Below are positions 37,419-47,429 of a DNA stretch of 64,000 bases, piece after piece. Origin of the DNA: Candidatus Magasanikiibacteriota bacterium (GTDB lineage: Bacteria; Patescibacteriota; Patescibacteriia; Magasanikbacterales; GWA2-37-8); NCBI GenBank assembly GCA_943357105.1, contig CALRGC010000001.1, positions 17,045 through 81,044 of the forward strand. Direction: 5' to 3'. Positions within the stretch are counted from its first letter, which is position 1, and every line of letters starts with the position of its first letter. Below the pieces are notes generated by a model. That model worked only from the letters and a program-made list of their open reading frames with translations, had not been told where the DNA came from and did not search any database. Position numbers and translations under genes: made by a program.

Positions 37419-38099
37419 TCAACCTTTATTTAAAGGTTTTAATTCGATAGCATCTTCAATTTTGTATTCACCGATTTTGGTGCGGCGCAAAGCCGAGCAA
37501 TAGGCGCCAATCCCAAGTTGTTCTCCAATATCATTGGCTAGAGTGCGAATATATGTGCCGGCTGAGCAACTAACTTCTATGATGAGCTCCGGATAAGAGT
37601 AACTTAAAAATTTAATATCAAAAATTGTAATTCTATTTGGTTGGCGCTTAACCTCTTTGCCTTTGCGCGCCAGTTTATAGAGCCGCTGGCCGTTTATTTT
37701 TTTGGCGGAAAACATCGGCGGGAGTTGGTCTTGTTCGCCAATAAAATTTTGTAATACTTTTTTTATATCTTCTAGATCTACTGGTTTGGCATCCGGATAT
37801 TGCATGATAGTGCCGGTGCTATCAAAGGTGTCAGAAGTAGTCCCTAGGCGTAGGGTGGCAGCATATGTTTTTGGCAGATGCGCAAATTCATCTATTTTTT
37901 TGGTATTCTCGCGCCCAATAGCCACAATCAGTAGTCCGGTAGCAAATGGGTCCAGCGTGCCGGTGTGGCCAACTTTTATTTTTTTATTGCCGGTAGCGTA
38001 GCGTAGCTCGGAGCGAATAAAATTCACGGCGTCAAAACTGGTCCAGGTGGCTGGTTTGTCTATGAGCACTAAATCTTTGTTTAAAAATTGACTATTCAT
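37419..38099 (-). CDS. truB: tRNA pseudouridine(55) synthase TruB
   Basis: TruB family (catalytic GHTGTLDPFATGLL). Confidence 0.9.
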   Translation of the reverse strand: MNSQFLNKDLVLIDKPATWTSFDAVNFIRSELRYATGNKKIKVGHTGTLDPFATGLLIVAIGRENTKKIDEFAHLPKTYAATLRLGTTSDTFDSTGTIMQYPDAKPVDLEDIKKVLQNFIGEQDQLPPMFSAKKINGQRLYKLARKGKEVKRQPNRITIFDIKFLSYSYPELIIEVSCSAGTYIRTLANDIGEQLGIGAYCSALRRTKIGEYKIEDAIELKPLNKG

Positions 38100-38104
38100 T
38101 TAAT

Positions 38105-38385
38105 TTGGAAAGGAGGTTGGGACGGCGTGCACGGGAGGAGGGTGCGCACGCCGTCCCTTTGTCAGTTGTCTCGCTGTTGGACGGTCGACGATCCGCGGGG
38201 AGGAGGGTGGGGACGGATCGTGACATGAATTGCACTTTGCGCTCTTTTGTTCCACCGCACGGGCAGAATAGAGGCCAAAGTAGGCTCGGTGGAAGATTGC
38301 AGCAAGCCTGAAACAACATAACATCATATAAATTAGCCTTTATTTTTAGAAAAGTCAACTCTGGGTCAAAGTTTGACTTTTTCAT
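38105..38385 (+). ncRNA. candidate structured element or sRNA: two GC-rich hairpins with near-identical GGGAGGAGGGTG loops, ending in an intrinsic terminator
   Basis: 12-bp stem gggacggcgtgc/gcacgccgtccc with loop acgggaggagggtgc; 8-bp stem acgatccg/cggatcgt with loop cggggaggagggtgggga; aagtcaa...ttgactt stem plus T-tract at 38353-38385. Confidence 0.3.
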
Positions 38386-38415
38386 AAATTTACATTATAA
38401 TAGCCCAATAATAAT

Positions 38416-40399
38416 ATGAATGTTAGTGAATTAGCTAGACAACTCCGAGTCCATCCTGCCAAGCTCCTGCAAATTTTGCCGGAGTTCGGTTTTGATATCG
38501 GCGCGCGCGCCGTAAAAATCGATGATCGGGTGGCGGCGCAAATTCAGCGCGATTGGCGTCGAATAAAATTTGTGCTCGAGGACAGAGAACTAAAAGCCAA
38601 AGAAAAAGAAAAAGAGTTGGAACGTCAAATGCGCAAAGAAAGTGGTGTGGTGGTGGAGATTCCCAATGTTTTGACGGTGCGTGAACTGTCCGATTTGCTC
38701 AATATGCCGATCAATAAGTTGATTTTGGAATTGATGAAAAATGGTATCTTGGCTACTCAAAATGAAAAGATTGATCGGGACTCCGCTTCTTTAATTGCTC
38801 AAGAACTTGGTTTTACTACTTCGGTAAAAAATGAAAATCAAGTCGTGCCAGAAGATACTACTCACTTGGAAAATTTAGAAAAAATATTATCCAGCAGTGC
38901 CGATACCGCTCGCCCGCCAGTAGTAGTGGTGATGGGCCATGTAGATCATGGTAAAACCAAATTATTGGATTCGATTCGTAGTGCCAATGTGATGGCTAGT
39001 GAAGCCGGTGGTATTACTCAGCATATTGGCGCGTACCAAGTAATTTGGAATAATCCAAAAACCAAAGAAAAATCTCCACTTACTTTTATTGATACTCCAG
39101 GCCACGAAGCTTTTACCGTGATGCGTAGCCGTGGCGCCAAGGTGGCCGATATCGCGATTCTCGTAGTTGCCGCTGATGATGGTGTGAAACCTCAAACTGT
39201 AGAAGCGATCAATATTATTAAGGCTGCCAAATTACCGGTAGTCGTAGCCATAAACAAAATTGATAAACCAGGTGCTGACGTGCAGAAAGCCAAAAGTGAA
39301 TTATCAACACATAATTTAATTCCCGATGATTGGGGTGGCGATGTGCCGATGGTAGAAATTTCCGCTAAAGAAAATTTGAATATTGATAAATTGCTCGATA
39401 CTATTTTATTGGTGGCGGAATTAAATGCTGTGACTATTAAAGCCGATGCTACTCGTGCCGCCGCCGGTACCGTAATCGAAGCCCATGTTGACAAAGGCCA
39501 AGGCCCAGTGGCGACTGTATTGGTGCAAACCGGTACTCTGAAAGTAAATGATCCGCTTGTAGTGAACGGTGAAATTTACGGCAAAGTGCGCGCGATGAAA
39601 AATTATCGCGGTGATGATATGAAAACCGCCACTCCTAGTACGCCGGTGAGAATTCTTGGTTTTAAATTAGCACCTCGCGTGGGAGATGTGCTGGATGTCG
39701 GTAGTGTTGATAGCGCGTCAGAAATTAATCTGAAAAATAAACGCGTACAAAATACCGGCGCCGAACAACGTCCGCTGGCCTCTACCGGTGACACCGAAGC
39801 GGATGAAGCGCGCAAAACTTTTAATATTGTTATCAAGACCGATGTGCTCGGATCGCTTGAAGCCATTACCGCCTCGCTCGAAAAAATGAAAAATGATGAA
39901 GTTAGTGTGAAAGTGGTTGGCAAAGGTTTGGGCCACGGGCGCGCAAGTTTTTGGTTTTAATGTTACCACCAGCTCCCTGGCTAATGAGATGATGGGCAAT
40001 ACCGGCGTCCAATTCAAACAGTTCAAAATTATCTATGACCTTTTTGATTATGTCAAAGAAGAGTTGGAAAAACTTTTGAATCCGGAATTAATTATCACCG
40101 AATTGGGTAATATCAAAATCATGGCTATCTTCCGCACGGAAAAAGGCCATATGATCGTCGGTGGTCGCGTGGAAATGGGCAAACTGCAAAAAGATTGCAA
40201 AGTGCGCGTGAAACGCAATAAAGAAATTATTGGTAAAGGCGCCCTGTCTCATCTGCAGACCGGTAAACAAGAAGTAAAAGAAATTCCTGAAGGCACGGAA
40301 TGCGGTGTACAGTTTGATGGTAAGCTGAGACTTGAAGTTGGGGATGTGCTCGAAGCGTATAAGGAAGAGAAGAAAGAAAAGAAATTGGTTTTGAGCTAA
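38416..40399 (+). pseudogene. infB: translation initiation factor IF-2 with the reading frame broken near 39925-39950 (roughly 29 nt missing)
   Basis: ORF 38416-39960 (G domain VVVMGHVDHGKT) and ORF 39917-40399 (IF-2 C-terminus AQVFGFNVTTSS) are in different frames. Confidence 0.8.
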
Positions 40400-40430
40400 A
40401 ATTATTTAAATACTTTTAATTTCTTATAAT

Positions 40431-40751
40431 ATGGAACACACATTTACTGACGCAAATTTTAAAGCTGAAGTTTTGGAAAGCAAAACTCCGGTGTTTGTGG
40501 ATTTTTGGGCACCATGGTGCGGACCTTGTCAGATGATGGGGCCGATTGTGGAAGAATTGGCCAAAGAATTGGACGGCAAAAATATTAAAATCGGCAAATT
40601 GAATGTGGATGAAAACAATGACACCTCGACTGCCTACAGCGTGATGAGTATCCCAACTTTCTTGATATTCAAAGGTGGGGAAGTGGTGGATCAGATTACC
40701 GGTGGTGTGCAGAAGGAAAAATTGAAAGAAATGATGGCAAAGTATCTGTAA
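40431..40751 (+). CDS. trxA: thioredoxin
   Basis: WAPWCGPCQMM. Confidence 0.9.
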   Translation: MEHTFTDANFKAEVLESKTPVFVDFWAPWCGPCQMMGPIVEELAKELDGKNIKIGKLNVDENNDTSTAYSVMSIPTFLIFKGGEVVDQITGGVQKEKLKEMMAKYL

Positions 40752-40759
40752 AATTAAAA

Positions 40760-40797
40760 TAAAAAACACTCGAATATTCGAGTGTTTTTTATTTTTT
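40760..40797 (+). terminator. intrinsic terminator after trxA
   Basis: acactcgaatattcgagtgt palindrome plus T-tract. Confidence 0.7.
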
Positions 40798-40842
40798 CTA
40801 GCCATTGCTATGTAACAAAAATTTAGGTAAAATAACCCCGCT

Positions 40843-43800
40843 ATGAAAGACTTTGTCCACCTCCACGTTCACTCCCATTATTCGCTTCTCGAAGGTTTGC
40901 CAAAAGTGGCTGACCTGGTAAAAGCCGCCAAAAAGCGGGGTTTTTCGGCGTTGGCGCTCACCGACCACGGTAATATGTATGGGGCAATTGAGTTTTATCA
41001 GGAGTGTGAAAAAAATGGGATAAAGCCGATTATTGGTACCGAAGTTTATGTGGCGGCCAAAAGTCACCTTGATAAAGACGAACATGAAAATTATTCACGC
41101 TTGATTTTGCTCGCGATTGATAACGTCGGTTACCACAATCTTATTACGCTTACTTCGATTGCTCAGACTGCCGGTTTTCATCTCAAACCGCGGGTCGACA
41201 AAGAATCATTAAAAAAATATCACAGCGGGATTGTGGCACTGTCGGGTGGATTTGATGGTGAGATTGCTATAGCCTTGCGCAAAGAAAATAATTTAGATAA
41301 AGCCAAAAAATTAGCTTTGGAATATAGAGATATTTTTGGTGAAGATAATTTTTATTTGGAATTAATGGATCTGCCGGCGCGCGAAGGTCAGACGGAATTA
41401 AATTCATCCTTGATTGAACTAGGACAAGAAACCGATGTGCCATTAGTAGTCACGCGCGATGTTCATTATTTGGATCTGGACGATGCCGAAGCGCAAGATG
41501 TGCTTACTTGTATTCGTGATGGAAAAAATGTCGAAGATGTGAATCGTTATTCCATGGTGGGCGTAGATTATTCGCTCTGTGATGGTGATGATATTGCCAG
41601 CCGATTTTCTCATATTAAAATTGCTTTAGAAAATACTGCGAAAATTGCGGCGCGGGCCAATATAAAATTGGAATTAAACAAATGGCATTTTCCTCATATT
41701 GATCTGCCAGTTGGCAAAAATGCCGATCAATATTTGAGCGATTTGGTCTATGAACGCCTAACCAAATTAATTGAGATTAATGATGCGGTGCGTGAAAGAG
41801 TGGAATATGAATTAGGGATTATTGCTACCAAAGGATACTCCCCATATTTTATCGTGGTGGCGGATTATGTAAATTACGCGCGCGATAATGGTATTGTTGA
41901 AACGACTCGTGGCTCCGGTGCCGGTTCAATTGTGGCCTATGCGATGGGCATTACGACCGTTAATCCGCTTTTTTTCAAATTACCATTTGAGCGTTTTCTC
42001 AATCCTTATCGTCCCAGCGCTCCCGATATTGATGCGGACTTTGCCGATGATCGCCGTGATGAGATGATCGCTTATGTAACCAAAAAATATGGCGCCGATA
42101 AGGTCGCCCAGATTATTACTTTTGGTACGATGGCGGCGCGCGGCGCTATTCGTGATGTTGGTCGCGCACTCGGGTATTCTTATTCTTTTTGTGATCAGGT
42201 TTCCAAGATGATACCCATTGGTGCTCAAGGTTTTCAGATGACTTTGGACAAAGCTTTGAATTTGGAAAAAGATCTGATGGAGCTGTATAAAAAAAATCCT
42301 CAGGTACAAAGATTAATTGATCTGGCCAAAAAAATTGAAGGTTGTGCCCGTCATACTTCAATGCACGCGGCCGGGGTAGTAATTTCGCCAACCCCGCTGA
42401 CTGATTTTACTCCGGTGCAATACGAAACCGGTGGTGATAAAATTACTACCCAATATGAAATGCACGCGGTGGAGGCGGCTGGTCTGCTCAAGATGGATTT
42501 CTTGGGTATTCGCAACTTGTCAATTTTGGGTCGCGCGGTGGAAATCGTGGAAAAAACTACCGGAAAGAAAATAGATATTTTTCAAATTCCTTGGGATGAT
42601 CAAAAAACTTACGATATGTTATCGCGCGGTGAGACCAATAGTGTGTTTCAACTTGCCGGTTCGGGTATTACCCGCTATCTCAAAGAACTAAAACCATCTT
42701 CGATTTTTGATATCACCGCCATGGTGGCGCTGTTTCGCCCTGGTCCAATGGAACAGATTCCAGAATACATTCGTCGTAAACATCATCCGGAAATGGTAGA
42801 TTATCTAGATCCGCGCATGAAAGAATATTTGGATCAATCTTTGGGTTTGATCGTGTATCAAGACGATGTGTTGCTTACTTCTATTCATCTGGCCGGCTAC
42901 AATTGGGAAGAAGCCGATAAATTCCGCAAAGCCATGGGCAAAAAAATTCCCGAAGAGATGGCCAAGCAAAAAGAAAAATTTGTGAAAGGCTGTCGGGAGT
43001 TTGGAAAATTACCGGAAGCCAAAATCCATCTATTATGGGAAATGATCGAGCCGTTCGCGGCCTATGGTTTTAACAAAGCGCACGCGGCCAGCTATGGCGT
43101 AGTGGCCTACCAGACCGCTTATCTGAAGGCCAATTTTCCGGTGCAATATATGACCGCGGTGCTGATAGCGGAAAGTGGGGATATGGATAAAGTGCCGGAA
43201 ATTATTCGCGAATGTGAACGCATGGGAGTAAAAGTTTTGCCGCCAGATATCAATGAAAGTTTGAAAACTTTCGCGATGATTGGTTGGGAAAACGGTGGTA
43301 ATGCCCATATTCGTTTTGGTCTTAGTGGTATAAAAAATTTGGGTGAACATATTGCTGAGGCAATTTATCGCGAACGCAAAGACAATGGACGCTATTTCGA
43401 TCTCACCGATTTTCTTCAGCGTGTTCAGCATAAAGATCTTAATAAAAAGTCACTAGAAAGTTTGATTAAATGTGGTGCCTTGGATTGTTTTGGATTTGAT
43501 CGCGGCGTGCTTTTGGCCAATACCGAAAATTTATTATATTTTTCCAAAAATTTTGGCGAACAAAAAAGAACTTCACAAAATTCTCTTTTTGCCGGTACTG
43601 GAATTGATTTTTCTTCCAAGCTCCATTTAAACAAAGCACCCAATGCCACTCAAGATGAAGTGCTGATTTGGGAAAAAGAGTTACTGGGACTGTATGTCAC
43701 TGCCCATCCATTTGCGCCATTAGCAGCCCAGTTATCAGCCTGTTTAACCGATATTAAAGATTTGGGGAGTTATAGTCGCAACGAGTGGATAGTAGTCGGC

Positions 43801-44304
43801 GGCATTATTGATAGTGTAAAGAAAAAAATTACTCGTAGTGGCTCACCGATGAGTTTTGTGACGATTCAGGACACCACTGATCGTCTGGAGCTCTTGGTAT
43901 TTCCGAAAGTTTATGAAAAAACCAAAGAAATTTGGGCTGAAGGTAAGATGGTCGTAGTAGTTGGTAAAACTTCCCAAGAAGAAGGGGATAATAAATTATT
44001 TGTAGAGAAGGCTTATGCTTTGACTCTCGAGAACGCGGCTCAACTAGCTTCGCAATTGGGCGATGGAAAGAAAAATTCTATTCGCCAGTATGTGTCTCCA
44101 GAATTGTCGGAAAAGACCTTTGAAATCAGCATTACCGCCGATTATCTCAAAGCAAAAGCTGATGATATCAAAGCTTTGTTGGCTTCGGTCCCGGGAGATG
44201 AGGCCGTATATTTGGTAGTAGGGCAGAAAAAAATAAAAACTTCTTATAAAATAAAAACTTCTCCTGAGTTTCAAGAGAAGTTAAGGATTATTTTAGACAG
44301 TTAA
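40843..44304 (+). CDS. dnaE: DNA polymerase III alpha subunit
   Basis: 1153 aa; PHP domain (HLHVHSHYSLLEG); pol III alpha core; OB fold. Confidence 0.95.
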   Translation: MKDFVHLHVHSHYSLLEGLPKVADLVKAAKKRGFSALALTDHGNMYGAIEFYQECEKNGIKPIIGTEVYVAAKSHLDKDEHENYSRLILLAIDNVGYHNLITLTSIAQTAGFHLKPRVDKESLKKYHSGIVALSGGFDGEIAIALRKENNLDKAKKLALEYRDIFGEDNFYLELMDLPAREGQTELNSSLIELGQETDVPLVVTRDVHYLDLDDAEAQDVLTCIRDGKNVEDVNRYSMVGVDYSLCDGDDIASRFSHIKIALENTAKIAARANIKLELNKWHFPHIDLPVGKNADQYLSDLVYERLTKLIEINDAVRERVEYELGIIATKGYSPYFIVVADYVNYARDNGIVETTRGSGAGSIVAYAMGITTVNPLFFKLPFERFLNPYRPSAPDIDADFADDRRDEMIAYVTKKYGADKVAQIITFGTMAARGAIRDVGRALGYSYSFCDQVSKMIPIGAQGFQMTLDKALNLEKDLMELYKKNPQVQRLIDLAKKIEGCARHTSMHAAGVVISPTPLTDFTPVQYETGGDKITTQYEMHAVEAAGLLKMDFLGIRNLSILGRAVEIVEKTTGKKIDIFQIPWDDQKTYDMLSRGETNSVFQLAGSGITRYLKELKPSSIFDITAMVALFRPGPMEQIPEYIRRKHHPEMVDYLDPRMKEYLDQSLGLIVYQDDVLLTSIHLAGYNWEEADKFRKAMGKKIPEEMAKQKEKFVKGCREFGKLPEAKIHLLWEMIEPFAAYGFNKAHAASYGVVAYQTAYLKANFPVQYMTAVLIAESGDMDKVPEIIRECERMGVKVLPPDINESLKTFAMIGWENGGNAHIRFGLSGIKNLGEHIAEAIYRERKDNGRYFDLTDFLQRVQHKDLNKKSLESLIKCGALDCFGFDRGVLLANTENLLYFSKNFGEQKRTSQNSLFAGTGIDFSSKLHLNKAPNATQDEVLIWEKELLGLYVTAHPFAPLAAQLSACLTDIKDLGSYSRNEWIVVGGIIDSVKKKITRSGSPMSFVTIQDTTDRLELLVFPKVYEKTKEIWAEGKMVVVVGKTSQEEGDNKLFVEKAYALTLENAAQLASQLGDGKKNSIRQYVSPELSEKTFEISITADYLKAKADDIKALLASVPGDEAVYLVVGQKKIKTSYKIKTSPEFQEKLRIILDS

Positions 44305-45816
44305 TTAAGTAATTTTTTTCTCAAACAAGTCTTTTATCCAACTGGTCTTGGAAGTATTGAGAGCGGATTTAATATGGCTTTTGGCCGCGTGAGTTTTGAC
44401 AAATTTGAGCCAATCAGGGCTTGGACCTTTGCGATTTTTATCGGTAATCACATCCACTACGTCACCACTTTTTAAAATTGAATCCAAGCTCACCATCTGA
44501 TCATTTATTTTGGCGCCGTTACATTTATTGCCCACTTCGGTATGAATATGATAAGCAAAATCAATCGGTGTAGCATCTTCGGGCAGATCGATAACATCAC
44601 CTTTGGGAGTAAAGACAAAAATATGATTGCGGAAAAAGTCCACTTTCATCTCTTCTAGGTCTTTGAGATTATTGAGAATATCTTTTTGCATTTTGGCCAG
44701 TTCTTTGGCCCAATTATAATCTTTTCTAGATTGATGATGGCCGCTTTTATCATAATTCCAATGCCCAACCGTGGCTCCGTATTCGGCTTCTTCATGCATC
44801 GCTTTGGTGCGAATTTGAAATTCTACGATTTTACCCTCGTCGCAAAACACAGTAGTATGCAAACATTGATAGCCATTTGGTTTGGGTTGAGCGACATAGT
44901 CTTTGATGCGGCCTTTAAGCGGCGGCCAGAGGCGATGAATAACCCCCAAAGTAGCGTAACAGTCGCCCACATCTTGGACAATAATTCTGACGGCCACAAT
45001 ATCGTAGACATTGTTGATGTCCCAATTTTTGCGGATTAATTTTTTGTATAAACTGTAGAGACTTTTTTCTCGTCCGTGAATATTGATAAATTTTACTTCG
45101 GCGGATTTAGATTCGGTTTCCAATTTTTTCATTATCTTTTCTAGATAAATATTGGTCTCCGCCACTTTTTCTTCACGCATCTGTTTGACCCGCTGGTATT
45201 CTTTTGGTTCCAAATGTTTAAAAGACAGATCTTCGAGCAAACTTTTGAATTCACCCATACCCAAACGATTGGCAATCGGAGCGTATATTTCCATACTCTC
45301 CAGAGCGATGCGTTGGCGTTTTTTTTCGGGCAGAGAATCCAGTGTGCTCAAATTGTGAATACGATCGGCAAATTTGATAATCATCACGCGGATATCTTCG
45401 GCCATGGCCACAAAAAGTTTGCGCAGATTTTCGATATAGCGTTCCATGCCACGATATTTTAATTTGCCCAATTTGGTAATGCCGTTGATCATGTTGGCGA
45501 TATCCGGACCAAAGTTTTTTTCAATTTCTTCCAGAGTGACTTCGGTATCTTCTGGCACGTCATGCATTAAGGCAGCAATAATAATGTTTGGTTCAGCCTG
45601 GATCTGCGACAAGATAAAAGCGGCAATGGTCGGGTGGATAATATATGGTTCGCCGGATTTACGAAATTGACCGCTGTGGGCCGCCGCCGCGAAATCATAA
45701 GCTAGGCGAACAGTTTCAATATCGCTGGCGGTACAATATTTTTTGAGATTGGTTATTAAGTCCTCCAGTGAAGCGGATTTGGGGACATTTAGGTGAGAAA
45801 ATAGTAGCTTATCCAT
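44305..45816 (-). CDS. rel: (p)ppGpp synthetase/hydrolase of the RelA/SpoT family (HD, synthetase and TGS domains; no ACT domain)
   Basis: HD motif HDVPEDT; RelA_SpoT synthetase region; TGS domain. Confidence 0.85.
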   Translation of the reverse strand: MDKLLFSHLNVPKSASLEDLITNLKKYCTASDIETVRLAYDFAAAAHSGQFRKSGEPYIIHPTIAAFILSQIQAEPNIIIAALMHDVPEDTEVTLEEIEKNFGPDIANMINGITKLGKLKYRGMERYIENLRKLFVAMAEDIRVMIIKFADRIHNLSTLDSLPEKKRQRIALESMEIYAPIANRLGMGEFKSLLEDLSFKHLEPKEYQRVKQMREEKVAETNIYLEKIMKKLETESKSAEVKFINIHGREKSLYSLYKKLIRKNWDINNVYDIVAVRIIVQDVGDCYATLGVIHRLWPPLKGRIKDYVAQPKPNGYQCLHTTVFCDEGKIVEFQIRTKAMHEEAEYGATVGHWNYDKSGHHQSRKDYNWAKELAKMQKDILNNLKDLEEMKVDFFRNHIFVFTPKGDVIDLPEDATPIDFAYHIHTEVGNKCNGAKINDQMVSLDSILKSGDVVDVITDKNRKGPSPDWLKFVKTHAAKSHIKSALNTSKTSWIKDLFEKKIT

Positions 45817-45903
45817 AGTTTTAACAATTATTTAATTATATCAGGTTCTTGGCCAATTGCAAACTAAACTTGACAAAACGGCTATTTGGTGTTATATTAT
45901 TAG

Positions 45904-46295
45904 GCGTTTACAGTGGATGATCGTCCCTGACCTAGTCAGGGGAGGAAAGTCCGAACACTTTCTTTGAAAAAAGAAAAAAGGCAGTGGGTAACACCCACCG
46001 GTTTGGCGGCAACGTCAAACAAGGGAAAGCGGCACAGAGACAATACTATCCCAGAGCAATTTGGGAGAAAGGTGAAAAGAATATGGAAGTTCTGACTCTA
46101 GAACAGAGCTACCATATACCGACCGTTGTGAGACGGTCTGGTGCCAAGCCCTGCCTGGGTGCAAGAGCAGCCTATGAGAGAGACATAGGAAAAGTTCGCT
46201 CGCTTGATTTTGGCAGTAATGCCAAAACTAGATAAATGATCGTCACGTCTTGCTAAACACAAGACGTACAGAATTCGGCTTATAACTGTAAACTC
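45904..46295 (+). ncRNA. rnpB: RNase P RNA (bacterial type)
   Basis: P4 halves gaggaaagtccgaac and acagaattcggcttat; P1 pairing gtttacagt/actgtaaac; gggtaacaccc element; terminator follows. Confidence 0.8.
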
Positions 46296-46300
46296 ATCAA

Positions 46301-46330
46301 CCTCGTATCTTCGGATGCGAGGTTTTTGTT
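46301..46330 (+). terminator. intrinsic terminator after rnpB
   Basis: cctcgtatc-ttcg-gatgcgagg plus T-tract. Confidence 0.7.
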
Positions 46331-46374
46331 ATTGTGATATAATTATCATGAATATAATTTTTTACCTAATAAAT

Positions 46375-47301
46375 ATGGAATCTTATTCTTTTGATCACGC
46401 GCAAAAAATCGTGGTCATTGGGGCCGGAGCAGTTGGCGCTACAGTGGCTTACACTTTGATGCTGAAAAATTTAGCCGCGCGCATTGTTTTGATTGATGTT
46501 AATATTCAAAAGCAAGAAGGTGAAGTGATGGATATTGATGATGTTTTAAGTTTTGTGGAAACCGGTTCCATTAGTTCGGGTAATTTTAAAGATGCTATTG
46601 ATGCCGACGTGATTATTTTGACCGCTGGGGCGGCGCAAAAGCCGGGTGAGACTAGGTTGGATTTGATAAATAAAAATAAAACTATAACCAGATCTATTTT
46701 TAAAGAAATTGGAAAATTAAAATCTACCGCCATTGTATTGGTAGTGGCCAATCCGGTAGATATTTTGACTTATTTAGTTCAAGAAGTTTCTGGTTTGGAC
46801 CACAAACGAGTTTTTGGTTCCGGCACCAGTTTGGACACTGCCCGTCTGCGCACGGAAATTTCTAAAGTTTTAAAAGTATCTGCCCAAAATGTTGAAGGTT
46901 ATGTTTTGGGAGAACACGGCGATACCGAGTTTGATGCTTTTAGTACAGTTTCGGTCGGTGGTATTTTGATCAAAGATTTTAAATTGCCTAGAGCCAAATT
47001 GGATGAGATCGAAAGTAAAGTAAAAAATGCAGCTTATGATATTATCAATCGCAAAGGCGCGACTTTTTATGGGATCGCGATGGTAGTGGCCGATATTGTG
47101 GAAGCAATTTTATTTGATCAAAGAAAAATTATGCCTTTGTCGGTAAGGTTAGAAGGTTGGAATGGAATTTCCGGAGTATGTCTAAGTGTTCCTGTCGTGG
47201 TAGGGAGACAAGGAATAGAAAAAGTTTGGCCGGTAAAATTAAATTTTTCCGAAAAAATTCGTCTCAAAAAATCCACCAAGGAAATCAAGAAATTCTTGTA
47301 G
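46375..47301 (+). CDS. ldh: L-lactate/malate dehydrogenase
   Basis: NAD-binding VVIGAGAVGATVAY; LDH/MDH family; TAG stop. Confidence 0.85.
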   Translation: MESYSFDHAQKIVVIGAGAVGATVAYTLMLKNLAARIVLIDVNIQKQEGEVMDIDDVLSFVETGSISSGNFKDAIDADVIILTAGAAQKPGETRLDLINKNKTITRSIFKEIGKLKSTAIVLVVANPVDILTYLVQEVSGLDHKRVFGSGTSLDTARLRTEISKVLKVSAQNVEGYVLGEHGDTEFDAFSTVSVGGILIKDFKLPRAKLDEIESKVKNAAYDIINRKGATFYGIAMVVADIVEAILFDQRKIMPLSVRLEGWNGISGVCLSVPVVVGRQGIEKVWPVKLNFSEKIRLKKSTKEIKKFL

Positions 47302-47305
47302 AATT

Positions 47306-47411
47306 AAAAAACACGGCGCATAGTTACCTTTGAGCGGGTTATGAGGCCAAGCCTCATCCTTTCGCCCTCGCGGGCGAAAAAAGCGAAAAGGTCACTGTGC
47401 GCCGTGTTTTT
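47306..47411. repeat. Structured repeat family 3, copy 2, inserted in the loop of a canonical bidirectional terminator (acacggcgca/tgcgccgtgt with A- and T-tracts)
   Basis: Same core as 35454-35511; flanks aaaaacacggcgcatagttaccttt / aaaggtcactgtgcgccgtgttttt. Confidence 0.75.
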
Positions 47412-47429
47412 GTTTGCAAGACTAGAAGT

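Noticed and set aside
38270-38330. The ggtggaagattgcagcaagcc segment as SRP RNA domain IV (GGAA tetraloop plus AGCAGC)
   Set aside because: Attempted folding gives an asymmetric 4/10 internal loop, unlike the conserved symmetric and asymmetric loops of SRP helix 8. The resemblance is superficial.
45984-46235. An 83-aa ORF on the plus strand
   Set aside because: It lies entirely inside the RNase P RNA gene (P4 and other conserved elements), so it is spurious.
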